47,799 nucleotides of DNA from Rotaria socialis (GCA_905331295.1 CAJNYD010000075.1:1-47799), one strand, 5' to 3'. Positions 1 to 11,435 are shown, counted from the first letter of the stretch. The notes: generated by a model from the letters alone, not told the origin. Numbers and translations are program-made.

Positions 1-539
1 TTTTATATAATAATAATAATAATTTTTTCGTTTCAGCTGCTAATCCTTTTTTTCTCCAATTTAGTTGTACGTAAAATGTAAGTATATTTTTTTATATAAT
101 ATTATATATTGGTGATGGGTGCCCTACGTCCTATGTCCTACCGGGGGGAGTGCCAATATTACTTTGGTGCCCATAGCACGTACAGGCCGCTATATAGTTC
201 TTCCTGAGGATGTGATATACACGCTAGATCTATGTCTGTACGTGAAGAGGCTCGCCTCTCTATGGCACCACCAAGGTAGTGCTTGGTCGCGCGAGCAACT
301 ATTAACTGGTAAGCAAAAATTTTCATTTTCATTCCAATGCAATTCATTTATTCTTTTTTCGTTTTAGCTCATCTCGATTTCTTCAACAGCAACGTAATTT
401 CACTTATCTTATTTCAAAAAACAAAATAAAATTAATTGCTATTTTTATGTTTTAGTTTCATTCAACAATTCAATTCCATCCAAACGAAAAAAGTTACAAC
501 TGTGTATTTTTTTCATGTAGTTTTATTGTTCTTTTGTAC

Positions 540-1160
540 TTTTTAATTTTTAAAATAAATAATTTTCAAAATAACTCAAATTTTTCTTTTTATTTCAATA
601 ATAAATATTTTCAAAATAAAATAAATTTTATTTTGATTCAAATAATGAATATTTTCAAAATAAATCAAAATTTATTTTTCATTTAAATAAAAATAATGCA
701 AATTTTCCAAATGATTCAAATTTTATTTTTTGTTTAAATCTAAATAATGCAAATTTTCAAATAATTCAAATTTTCCAAATAATTCAAATTTTTTTTTTTG
801 TTTAAATCTTAAATATTTTCAAAATATATTCAAATTCTTTTTATTTATTTAAATAATTCAAATTTTCATTTCAGTAATAAATATTTTCAATTCACTAATA
901 AATTATTTTCGTCGCGTTTCAAGAAATATTTTTATTTTACTACTAAAAATAATTATTTTACCAAAATATTATTTTATTTTACTAAAAATATACCTTTATT
1001 TTACTAATCATTTTTTTTTCATTTTACTACTAAAATTTGTAAAAATAATTCAAAATTTTATTTTTGTTTAAAACTAAATATTTTCATTTCAGGAATAAAA
1101 TATTTTTGAAGTAACAAATTAATTTTCATGTCAAGAATAAATATTTTGTGGAAAAAAGCA
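540..1160. repeat. Very AT-rich degenerate minisatellite-like tract (unit resembling TTTTCAAAATAATTCAAA)
   Basis: Recurrent variants of 'tcaaataattcaaatttt' / 'ttcaaaataa...aaatttt' between ~560 and ~1060. Confidence 0.55.
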
Positions 1161-1285
1161 AATTCTTTTATTTAATTCATTTCTTTTCGTTGAAGGGAAA
1201 GGATGAAAGGAAAATTGTTTTTTTTGTTCATTGATTTCAAAGTATGGAAAAAGGAACGAACAAACAAAAAACAATTTCACAAGTC

Positions 1286-3658
1286 TTATTGGATAAAAAA
1301 TCGTTGAACACGTTCATTATCCCGATCAACGACATAGAGATTACCATGTTGATCGAAAGACAAACCAACGGGGTAGTCGAACTGATTTGCTCCTGCTCCT
1401 CGACCATTTCCACCCACAATTACAGTGCTTTCTTTCGCTCCTTGGGTCCAACGTATTACACGCTGATTCCCCTGGTCTGCTACATAGAGTCTACCCAACC
1501 TATCAACGACGATTCCGACAGGATACTGCAATTGTGTCAGAGCACTCCCTGCGCCTTGTCCTCCAGCGACCACAATACCTTCTTTTGCACCTTTCTTCCA
1601 TTTCATTACACGATGATTGTCGCTGTCTGATACGTAGACTGAATGATCTCGATCGACAAAGAGAAATGTCGGTCCGTTGAGTTGATTGAGTTCAGCACCT
1701 TGTCCACTACCGCCAGCCACGAGAGTGCCAATGTTATCACCCAATTTATATCGTCTTACTTCATGTTTTCCATAGACAGAGACGTAGAGATATCTCTGCT
1801 CATCCATTGCTAATCCAAAACAACCGATGGTATCGATGAGTATTTCACCTTGTGTTGTACCACTACTACGAGACCATCGTACAACTCGGTGATTCCCTGC
1901 ATCACAAATAATGAGACTATCCGTCTCTTTGTCAATTAATACATCAGTTGAAACACTCAATTGATTCAATCCATTTCCTTGGAATCCACCAGCAGCAACA
2001 ACTTGTCCATTCGTTGTATCATCGTTCTTCCATTGCACAATACGACAATTACCGTAGTCAGCAATAACCACTGTTTGGTCATCATCAACAAAGAGACCAT
2101 GAGGGTAGTTGAGTTGATTAGTGCCACCCCATCGCCCGTTGCCTCCAGCAATAGTCCCTCCGTTCTGTGACCATTTAGCATTAGCAGGAATATTAACTAG
2201 AAGAGAAAACATAAGAATAAAAGGAGATCTCTCCCTCTATCGCGCTGAAGTGTGGGCGTGATTCTTCTGCTAATCTATACCCACACCCAATCATGAAGAT
2301 AATTAATCGATCAATCGAAATCGACCCTTAAGAATAGGTTTCTCAGTGGTGAATTGCATTATGGCTATACAAAAACTATTTAGTACCTATAAATTGAAGA
2401 TTATTCGTGCGATATACGGATTCTTGCTTCGCATCGCATTTCGTGTACGAGTGAAACTCGAATACCATCTAGTTTTAGCTCTTAATTTACGGAACACCAA
2501 CACCATTTTTTAGGAGAAAACAACCTGATCGGTAGACGAACACTTTGACTAATTCTGAAATTCAATCACAGGCTATTATAGCTTTCAGAATCATACCCAA
2601 TTTCATTAAGTAAGCTATGAAATTTCTTCATTTGCTTTAAAGAGAAAATAGTAGACCGCAATTTTTCCAGCTATAACTGATTCTGCTCATCTCATACCAG
2701 TACACTTTTCTTACAGGCGACGTCCGTGCTTATATGCAAAGAAAAAAGTAGTTAAGGAGCGAAAGACAATCTGATAATTCTTAGGAGAAACTTGCATTAT
2801 GAGAGTAAAAGGAGAATTAATTTCATAGATGAATTGATGAAGAACGCAATACAACACAACATTTCGCACAACACAAGAATGCAACAGCACAATATTTCTG
2901 CTTTTACTAGACGGATACCGTACCTGTGCGTATATCTCCCGATGCCGATCCTGTATCTGTGCGTATCTCTTCCGATGCCGATACCGTATCTGTGGGTATA
3001 TCTTCCGATGCCGATCGCATATCTGTGCAGACAACGTTGTCGGCGCTACCAGTGTTAGTATAACCAGCATTACAGGTGCATACCATTGCAAATGTAGTTG
3101 GGTCTTCTGAACAAAGAGCATTTGGATCATATCCGCCATTGTTGTCGTCATCGTAGTAGCCTAAAAGAGAGTAGTGGTTGTGAGGGTGTTCGTATCAGTA
3201 CCTGTGCGAATGTCGATGTGGACATGGCTAGTATCGTTCTTTGCTAGTCGACACGGATGATAACTAAATTTCGGAGAGAGTCGGAATTACGTGTATTTGC
3301 CTAGAGGTCCTGTTCGTCCGAATTCCTGAATTTTCAAAAATTTGATGGAATGTGTTCTGTGCATGAGACAGGTTTCGAAATGTTCAATATCACGCCAAAG
3401 GACGTATTCTCGCTAGATTGAAAGTGATATTGTTTACCAGGAAATTTATTGTCGTTGCATTAAGATCAAAGTACCAAGGAAAACCCATGCTACTGTAGGT
3501 ATAGGTTGGACAAGTGTCGTTCGTAAATCTGCAACTTAATGTTATTGATGTGATTCGGCATGAGGCAATAGGGTGGAATAGCTAAGATTGAAATTATGGT
3601 AGATTATTTCACTTGCAAAAGTTGGCAACATCATAGATGCAAGCAACAATATCAGCAT
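1286..3658 (-). CDS. Secreted protein: signal peptide, Cys-containing N-terminal region, degenerate EGF-like domain, 11-aa repeats and NHL-repeat beta-propeller. Exons 3658-3617, 3581-3438, 3412-3291, 3263-3202, 3160-2924, 2196-1286
   Basis: The last exon is a clear NHL propeller (QLNYPHGLFVD, LYVADQGNQRV, YPVGLSFDQHGNLYVVD) behind acceptor tctcttctag. Exon 3160-2924 encodes NNGGYDPNALCSEDPTTFAMVCTCNAGYTNTGSADNVVCT and joins it in phase 1. Upstream exons join in frame by manual splicing to start MLILLLASMMLPTF-LFHPIASC. The NHL exon is high confidence; the 5' exons are moderate. Confidence 0.75.
2246..2288 (+). repeat. Telomere-like inverted-arm cassette (copy A), in the last intron of the NHL gene
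   Basis: tgaagtgtgggcgtg-attcttctgctaatcta-tacccacaccc; near-identical in reverse complement to the cassette at 7158-7206. Confidence 0.8.
2914..3028 (-). repeat. 33-bp tandem repeat, about 3.5 copies, coding (D-x-x-SAS-x-D/E-I-R/P-T)
   Basis: Units start at 2914, 2947, 2980 and 3013 (gat(a/c)c.gta(c/t)ctgtg.gtat.tct.ccgatgcc). Confidence 0.9.
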
Positions 3659-5733
3659 GCGCTTGGTTCTTTTCTCAAGCATACAGAAATGAATTTCGTT
3701 GAAAAATTCATCAGAAAAAAGAAAGTGAAAGCATTTTTGGGATTGCATGAACAAACGTGATTGTTGAACTTTATGTTATCAACTCGGGTTGTCTTAGATG
3801 ACATGAAAGTGTCGCAAAACTATAACGAAAGTAAGAGAACTGAGCGACAGTTCTTATTTTGTTTAGGAAACAAGTTGAATCATTCAGATCAACCAATCTG
3901 CTAGAAGTGTAGCTATCACAACATATATTTTCATTATACAGCAGAATATCAAAGGTCTATAAGATTTAATCTATAAACTTACTTTGTGCAAATCCACCGT
4001 GAAATGCTTGTAACAAGAATACCAGCAATGGTAACCATACATAAAGCAAACAACCATATAATGCCATTTTGCGAACCAACAGCTTCGATTTGTATGAGTT
4101 GGAAAATCTTTTGAAAATGAAAAAAAAACGAGGATTTATAGTACTCGATAAATCTGGCGCAGCGAAAGGGAGCACATATTGAAGAAACAATCGAGCGTGA
4201 TCGCGTAACAGCTTGTGTCCATTAAGTTGCATGATTAGGGGCCAGGCAGATTTCACACATGTGTGTTTGATGAATAGTTAATGATTTGAAAAATCAACGT
4301 CGCATTTTAAATTAATCTAGAAATAGATTTAATAGCATCCCACGTTGTTGTCAAGTACTTTTTTCTGGGTACAATCAAATTTCCAGGATTTTCGTTATCG
4401 TGTCTTCAAGGTCTCCACCTTCAGAAATACGTTTTTTTTTGTAAAACATCGTAAAAGCAAGTTCATAATCATAATAAAAGTCATCGAAAAATGTATCGTT
4501 TTAGATCTTAAAATTTTTGCTGCAACATCAATACATTCACATTATTCTTCTATCAAGATGTGCAACAAGATTTTAGACACCGGTTTGTAAAAGTTTGGTA
4601 ACACGTATCATAGACCTGCAGTTTGTTTTTTATGAGTTTTATTATACTAGTATTTCATACAAGTAATTATATGCGTAGCTTCTCAAAAGAGATACTTTTT
4701 AATTAAGCATGCCGCTATTTAAAATCCTATTGCATGTGAAAATCTTACAGCTGGTTAAAACTATTAATAGTTAATAAACCTATTATATACTTATGCAAAA
4801 TCATGCATATCGATTTTAAATTATCTTCGAAAAGAAATAATTTTTTGAATTAAACAAACAGTTTTTATGTTTTTCTTTCATATTTATTAAAAAAAATTGG
4901 CTATTAAAAATAGTACATCTATTTCTAACATTATAGCATTCTTCAGTTACTTCCTTTTATTCTTTCTAATTCTGGTCTCTAACTGTTCTTTTTTTCAATC
5001 CTGCTCAAACCATATATGAGAAGCAATTTAAGATTTCGTTTGAATAAATATTAAGGTATTCCTGTAGGTATTTAAAATTATATATCTTTTCAGAACTATC
5101 TGTCTATTTAAAAAAAAGAGGAAAAGAGTGAAATAATAAACACTATGTAAAACTTTTATTTAGAATCATATATATGTATATTAAAATTATTTCTCAGAAA
5201 AAAAGATTTGCTTCAATGATACAAACAGTTTATCTATTCGTTTATCTTTAAATCTGTGTATCTATTAAAATTTGTGTATAACTATTTAATTTTTGGAATA
5301 GCTTTTAAAAGATAAATATTGTTATTAAATAAAATACAGTTACTTCTTGCAAAATAAATTAAAATTTATTAAATATTCTATCGAAATATGATGCTTTTTT
5401 AATCTATTATGCAAAATAATTTAATATGAAATTAAAAAAGAAAAAATTCATTCGATGTTTACGATAAAACTTTTCAAGTCCTTATGGGTGTATATTTCTA
5501 TATAAATACATATATCTGATATACTATATACTTATTTTAAATTACAATATATTACACATTTTTTATCTAAAATGAACAACCATTCTTTTTCAAATAAAGA
5601 TATCAAACATACATCAATCGTAATGGCTAGTACAATGTATTAGAAAGTAAAAATTGTTTTGAATACTATCAAAAATCTAATCTTATATCATTCTTTTTTA
5701 ATATCAGAGTTCAACAATTTACCAATATATATA

Positions 5734-7157
5734 CAGTAAAACCTCTCTTATCTGAACACTGTCGGTACTTTCAAAAATCGTTCAGATTAACAGGGTGATT
5801 ACAAAGGACGGGGGTCTGTAGAAATATAGAGATTTTTCGAATTAAATGGCACTATTAGTTCACTTCTGATGAACTGTTGTAATTTATTTATATAAAAAAG
5901 AATTATTTCACAAGAAATCCATAAGATTAAACAGGTACATATTTCAAATAATCCAGAATAGATCTTTGTTTTGATAAAGTAGAATCGAGGAGTGCATCAG
6001 TTGATTTAGACTATAATTCAATAATGAACGAATGTAATTCTGGTTGTTGCATTGTCGAGAAAAAGCGCAGACGACGAACTAGGTCTTAACATTCAGATAA
6101 GGAAGGTGGATCTTCACTTGGAACATCGTCATTCAGTTGATCTTCATTACTATCCCCATCATCATTGATAATTCCGCTAATTACTAATAATTTATTATTC
6201 GAATCATTCCATTCGTTAAATGATGGAGCATTATCATCAATACTCTGAAACAGTGAAACGTAAAAAATGAAAAATATTTTTCAAAATTTCTCTCCCACAT
6301 CTCACCACATAATATCATAGCCAGACATTGGTTTTCCACTGATGGTTAAATGTCTCAATACTCGATCTAATTCTTCAATTGATTTATCTTCTGCAGAAAT
6401 AATTTCATCTGTTATTGAAATTTGTTGTGATGCATCGATTCCATCGATAACAGAAATCTTTTCAAAACCGGCTGATTTGAATGTGTTCCTTATTGTTGTT
6501 TCTGACACTGCTTCACATGCGCCTTAAATCCAATAGACAACATCTAAAGCAGTGATATTAATATCGTCGGCCGTTACAGCAACACCAACACTGGTGATTA
6601 TATGCTTGACTAGATGATGTCGGTAATAAACTTTGAATGCTCGAATAACTCCTTGATCCATCGGTTGAATCTTTGCTGTCGTGTTTGGTGGAAAGATTTT
6701 TAACTTGATATTTTCTAATTGTACATCTGGAGAATGAACTGGTGCATTGTCAAGGAAGAGTGGAATGTGTCTTTTTTGTTTCTGCATAATCAAATCAGAA
6801 TCTTGCAATCATTCAGTAAAAAGTTAACAAGTCATCCGAGAGCTACGATTACTGTACCATAAGACGGGCAACTTCTTCAAGTCAATATTTCTGAAACATC
6901 TAGGCCGGGCTGATTTAACTATAACATGAACAAAAAAAGAGGTACAATAAAATAAAAATTGATGAAGACTAACATACCAATGACAACTGGTTTCAACTTT
7001 TCATTTTCGGCCCAATTGGTGCACAACATCACGGTATAGCGTTCCTTTGATTTATCGCTATTTCACAATCATTTCTGTCTACAGTTAACGATCGATCAGG
7101 CATCATCTTGCAAAAAAGTCCAGTTTCATCGCAATTTAATATGTCGACAGGATCATA
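5734..7157 (-). mobile_element. pogo/Tigger-family DNA transposon, degenerate and 5'-truncated, with an intron-containing DDE_1 transposase
   Basis: TA followed by TIR CAGTAAAACCTCTC at 5734. Minus-strand fragments include YDPVDILNCDETGLF, KLKPVVI/KSARPRCF, LFLDNAPVH, FPPNTTAKIQPMDQGVIRAFKVYYR and TIRNTFKSAGF, with stops and frameshifts. GT-AG introns at 6977-6919 and 6305-6245. Homology ends abruptly at 7157. Confidence 0.9.
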
Positions 7158-7206
7158 GGGTGTGGGTGTGGGTATACATTAGCAAAAGAATCACACCCAC
7201 ACTCAA
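7158..7206 (-). repeat. Telomere-like inverted-arm cassette (copy B), at the pogo / NHL-fragment junction
   Basis: gggtgtgggtgtggg-tatacattagcaaaagaat-cacacccacactcaa. Confidence 0.85.
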
Positions 7207-7286
7207 CGCATTACACGATGATTAAACAAGTCTGCTACATAGAGTGTACCTAACGTATCGATGAAGAGTCCATTAGGATAACACAC
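7207..7286 (-). pseudogene. Isolated ~80-bp fragment of an NHL-repeat gene
   Basis: Minus strand reads CYPNGLFIDTLGTLYVADLFNHRVMR. It is homologous to, but different from, YPVGIVVDRLGRLYVADQGNQRVIR in the gene at ~1450-1530. Confidence 0.85.
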
Positions 7287-7287
7287 T

Positions 7288-7377
7288 TGGGTGTGGGTGT
7301 GGGGTGTGCTAGAAATGCAACTGGTTGTATCTCTCGTATGTATGAATTGAAAGAACGCCCACACCCACACCCTCAAG
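7288..7377 (-). repeat. Telomere-like inverted-arm cassette (copy C), at the NHL-fragment / RT-fragment junction
   Basis: tgggtgtgggtgtggggtgtg, then a ~46-nt spacer, then acgcccacacccacaccctcaag. Confidence 0.85.
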
Positions 7378-7819
7378 ATAGTAAGATTGCATCAATCTTG
7401 AGATTTCTTATGGCACCATTCTTCAAATAATTTGATGCGATCATTTCGTGGTATCATGGTGTACAGATTGGTAACGTCAAAAATGACGAATAACATCGAT
7501 ACCACTGATTTAAGTTGTGTTTCGTGCCACTTTCAGGTAGAAAGCCGACAAAAGCTCGTTTAGAAAGTTAGAAACACAGCACTGTAAATCGTTGATAGGA
7601 TATGATCGGTCGTAGTGGCACATGCGGTTGATAAGAAGAACAAAAAGACAGATGATAATATTCAATGAACCTTTTGATTCGAAACTTACTTTGTGTGCTA
7701 TGGAAATAAAGTATGAATGAAGTAGCTCACATTTTGTTCTATCAGGCATCATTAGTCTCCATTGTTCCAAAGTGATGGTTTTCCTGTCTTTCAGATGATT
7801 CAATAACGACATGACTGAA
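7378..7819 (-). mobile_element. Degenerate Penelope-like (Athena/Terminon-type) reverse transcriptase fragment with an intron remnant
   Basis: Minus strand reads MMPDRTKCELLHSYFISIAHK|gtaagt ... VPLRPIIS ... VSNFLNELL ... FDVTNLYTMIPR, matching PLE RT N-terminal motifs and the first catalytic-Asp motif. Contains stops and frameshifts. Confidence 0.8.
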
Positions 7820-7909
7820 CTTGAGGGTGTGGGCGTGGGTGTTTCTCTGCACTTTGCCCACACCCCACACCCCAAACCCACAGCCACAGTCACAGCCACA
7901 GTCACACCC
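7820..7909 (+). repeat. Telomere-like inverted-arm cassette (copy D), at the end of the RT fragment
   Basis: cttgagggtgtgggcgtgggtgt-ttctctgcactttg-cccacaccccacaccccaaacccacagccacagtcacagccacagtcacaccc. Confidence 0.85.
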
Positions 7910-9057
7910 GTCTCCTATTGTTTTCATTATGTTTTTCAAGGTTATGAGGAACTGGAAAAATATACAAAGGTGCCAATTCTAGAATAATAATAAAAAGTAA
8001 ACTGAATCATTCTTGGAAAGGTATCCATTACGTCAAAAATTGTCATAACAGGCATACGAGTCGATCTGCTTTTGGGTCATTTTCAATTTATAATTTTCTT
8101 CTTGGATTTGTTGTGCTTCTATTATGCAGCCTCATGACGAGTATTTTATTTTCAAATAAAAAAGACGAGAAGCATCGGGAAAATTAATTTTGCATTGATT
8201 TCATTTTATTATTTTTGACTCAAACACATTCACATAGTTTATTTTCTCGATTAAACAATGAAAATGAAATATAAAATCATACGTAAAAATACTAATGTGA
8301 ATAGGGTAGTCAAAAAGAAAAAAACTTTTCTATGAAATAAAGCAATGAAAAGAATTGTCTGTTTACTATTCATTATCGAGTGAAACAACAGTCATCTTTG
8401 AGAGAGTGTAAATTGTTTTTTATTATTGTGATCCAAAAGAATATCTTTGTAATTAAAATGTTATTCTCTGATCATCTGCTTTTAGAGAAGTGGATAAAGG
8501 AAACGCAGTGAAATAAACATGAATAAATGTTTCTACGTACAGTAGATGTATGAAACCAACTATCTTAGCCTTGTTCATTACTTCTCATGTTCTTTCAATA
8601 TAATGTTGTTCAATCAAGCAACACAGTGCATTTCAAAGCTATCATAATTTAACCAAAAACAAACAAACTTGCACTTTAAGTCAACAATATATGAGTTTGG
8701 CCTTGTCTGATCATGCCTAGTGTGATAAAAGGCGAGTGAGACAGAAGCAAATTTATAAGGTATCGGAGAAAAAGAATTAAATTTCTTCAACAACATTATA
8801 TTCATAAAAATTTCATTATACTACTGATATAAGAGATTCGATAGCCTTTACAAAGAATACAAGCGTACTTATATAGTTTTGCAACGATTGACAATGAAAA
8901 CGTTAATATATGCTCATGTTACCGTTACACCACGATCAGACAGAGTATTTCAGACATGGTTATATAATAAACAACTATCGAACATTCACCGTTTTTTTTT
9001 AAGTTACAGGTAAAACTCTTCAATAATACGCAAATTCATACAATCGTCGATTTATCA

Positions 9058-11114
9058 ATGATCAAGAAGCATTCAAATCGTGCTAAGCATTTATTGTCCA
9101 AAAATTCATTATTCTCATCCAATCATCAGCAACATGTCGTTTCTGAGCCCATTTCTTCAGTAATATCAACAGATATGGAATTGTCATCACAACATAATCA
9201 TCAGTAAGACAAAAAATTCTCAGAACAATTCCATGCATTATTGTAAGAAAAGGTTACTATATTATATGTCATTTGCTAAAAAGGAATTACTTAACTGGAT
9301 GTTGAAACATGTGATGCAATATTCGAAAATCTTTGATCCATGATAATAAGTTTAATTGGATGATTCTAAATATGTGTTCTCTTTACTGTAGGATATCAAA
9401 AAATAGATTATGGATTATTTCTCTTGTAATAATACTTGTGATAGCCGGTTTCATTGCTCTGGTCATTGGTATTTATGCGCTGATATATCCAATCGGAAGT
9501 ATGACAAGTAAAAAAATAGTTGCTTTTCTTCAAAGTTAAAAATTGATTCTATCATGAATGAAATAGCTTGATCTATATGTTTTTAATCTGAAAAAAATTG
9601 TGAAATAACTTTAAGTCATTTATATCTAGCAGCAACAACGAAGCACACGATAACAACAGCCACTACAATGGGCTCGACAACGACAACTACAGCTACTAGT
9701 AAGTTGTCAACTCGTGTTGATGTTCTGAATCCAGAGTAATTGGAGTTCATAAGGCTTTTACTTAAGTGTTTCAGTACTGCAATAGGACAGATTCAAGTGC
9801 TTTGAACAAAGGAGTCTATGCCATACTTAGTATTGTAAATTCATTTATATTTTCGAAGAAAATAATGAGTATAAATTTCATGGTAGAAGTTTGAAGGCTT
9901 TCCTCTTTACAGGCGTTAGTAACAAAAAAACTTTCGAACAGTAAAGGTCATAGAAGTTCTCAAAGCTTACATCGAAATCTGATTCTTTGCAAATAGATTT
10001 TCGATGCTTTAAATGGTCTATATTCTTATTTTGCTTTAAATAAAGGTTTACATTTCAGATAACAGTGATGATGAGATACGCACTTTGGTAAAATTAGACT
10101 TCTCTTAAAAGTTAATGCAGACGCTTTTAAATTTATCAAGATATGTATGGTGGACTTATTTACCAGTTAATTCACTGTTTTCAAATGATAATAATAACGC
10201 TATATATAAAGAAAACAACATATCCTATGTAGCGAAAACCAAAGATTGAAAGCATTGAGGCGTTGTACATGTGCACTGAGAGGAGACCTCTACTTACTCG
10301 CATTCACACTCTCACACTAACACCTATTGAAGTGGAACCTAAGCTAGAGAATCTTATTAATTGTATTTTAATGAACTATTATCGAAACTTCTCTCTAGCT
10401 ACAACAACTACGGCATTCGTCCCTCAGTCATGTACTTCTGGAAGTCCAACAATGTTACTGAGCTTATTGAATCCTAGTGCCTTTTCATATACAGAATATA
10501 GTTACTCCTATACACCAACAACAGCCCAAGTAACAATCATGATTCAATTTGAACAAGATCCGAGTTCTTTCTCTATTGATGATGTGTCCGTCGTCAACCC
10601 GTCTAGCCCACAACTCCTTAGCAATGGTGGTTTTGAAACCGGAAGTCTTGCACCCTGGCAACATGGCACTGTAGTTAGTGGTAACGTCGCAAGTGGATGT
10701 GGACACTCTGGATCATATTGTTATAACGATGCAATCGTTGGTCAAACAGATAACATTCATCAGACATTTTCAACAGTACCAGGAAACACACTAAATGTTT
10801 CATTCTATTTACAAAACAATTCCGGAGGATCAGTTATCATCGCACGCGCCTGCATTTATCCACCCAGGACGAGCTTTACGACGGTAAATCGCCGTATTTG
10901 GCCGTATTACATGGCTCCGTATTACGATCGTAAATCTCCGTGTCGTAATACGGTGAAATACGTAAAGCGCCGTATTTCGCCGCATACGGCACGGAGATTT
11001 ACGATCGTAATACGGAGCCATGTAATACGGCCAAATACGGCGATTTACCGTCGTATACGACCGTGTATGTTCGACCTGGGCATATTGAAACAATTTCCTT
11101 CTAATTTGACATGA
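9058..11114 (+). CDS. Type II membrane protein with Thr-rich stalk and C-terminal carbohydrate-binding-like (galactose-binding fold / CBM_4_9-like) domain; C-terminus altered by a MITE insertion
   Basis: Exon 1 starts at ATG 9058 (donor uncertain). A TM exon at ~9392-9507 reads LWIISLVIILVIAGFIALVIGIYALI, and a Thr-rich exon lies at ~9630-9698. The last exon starts at 10399 (SIDDVSVV...QLLSNGGFETGSLAPW...VSFYLQN). Splice phases are compatible. Confidence 0.7.
10863..11080. mobile_element. Palindromic MITE (CCC...GGG termini, apparent 2-bp CA target-site duplication; CMC/EnSpm-like by inference)
   Basis: Termini cccagg and cctggg; long near-perfect internal inverted repeat (tacgacggtaaatcgccgtatttggccgtattacatggctccgtattacgatcgtaaatctccgtg and its reverse complement); CA on both flanks. 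Confidence 0.9.
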
Positions 11115-11372
11115 ACAACTATGAGGAGTCCAAGGAACCGAGACATTGCACACAATTTTTGATTTTTGATTAGATATCATAATCTTCTAAATCATTTGTT
11201 TTGACAGCAGCGAAAATAAATACTTAACGAATATAAAGAGAGACTACCATTTTGACGAAATTTACTTTTGCAGAAAAACTGCAAAAATAAATTCCGTATA
11301 GTCTAACCTTATATTGAATTATAATGTCATTGTGTAGTTACATTATAGCACTATTACATAGTGACGATATAC

Positions 11373-11435
11373 AGGGTGCTGGTGTGGGTAACTGCTCTCT
11401 TAACATGCCCACACCCCACACACACACACACACCC
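11373..11435 (+). repeat. Telomere-like inverted-arm cassette (copy E)
   Basis: agggtgctggtgtgggt-aactgctctcttaacatg-cccacaccccacacacacacacacaccc. Confidence 0.7.

Noticed and set aside
1244..2170. Plus-strand ORFs (1244-1630, 1387-1680, 1961-2170)
   Set aside because: Antisense shadows of the NHL exon with no recognisable motifs.
2711..3151. 146-aa minus-strand ORF with RHR repeats
   Set aside because: Wrong frame; the EGF-like reading lies in another frame with compatible splice phases.
3966..4600. Possible decayed gene with a hydrophobic segment on the minus strand
   Set aside because: I could not build a consistent model or recognise a family.
7158..7909. CRISPR-like reading of conserved repeats with variable spacers
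   Set aside because: Arms are inverted and variable in length, copies are dispersed, there are no cas genes and the context is eukaryotic.
10830..11180. 116-aa minus-strand ORF resembling the plus-strand tail
   Set aside because: Artefact of the palindromic MITE.
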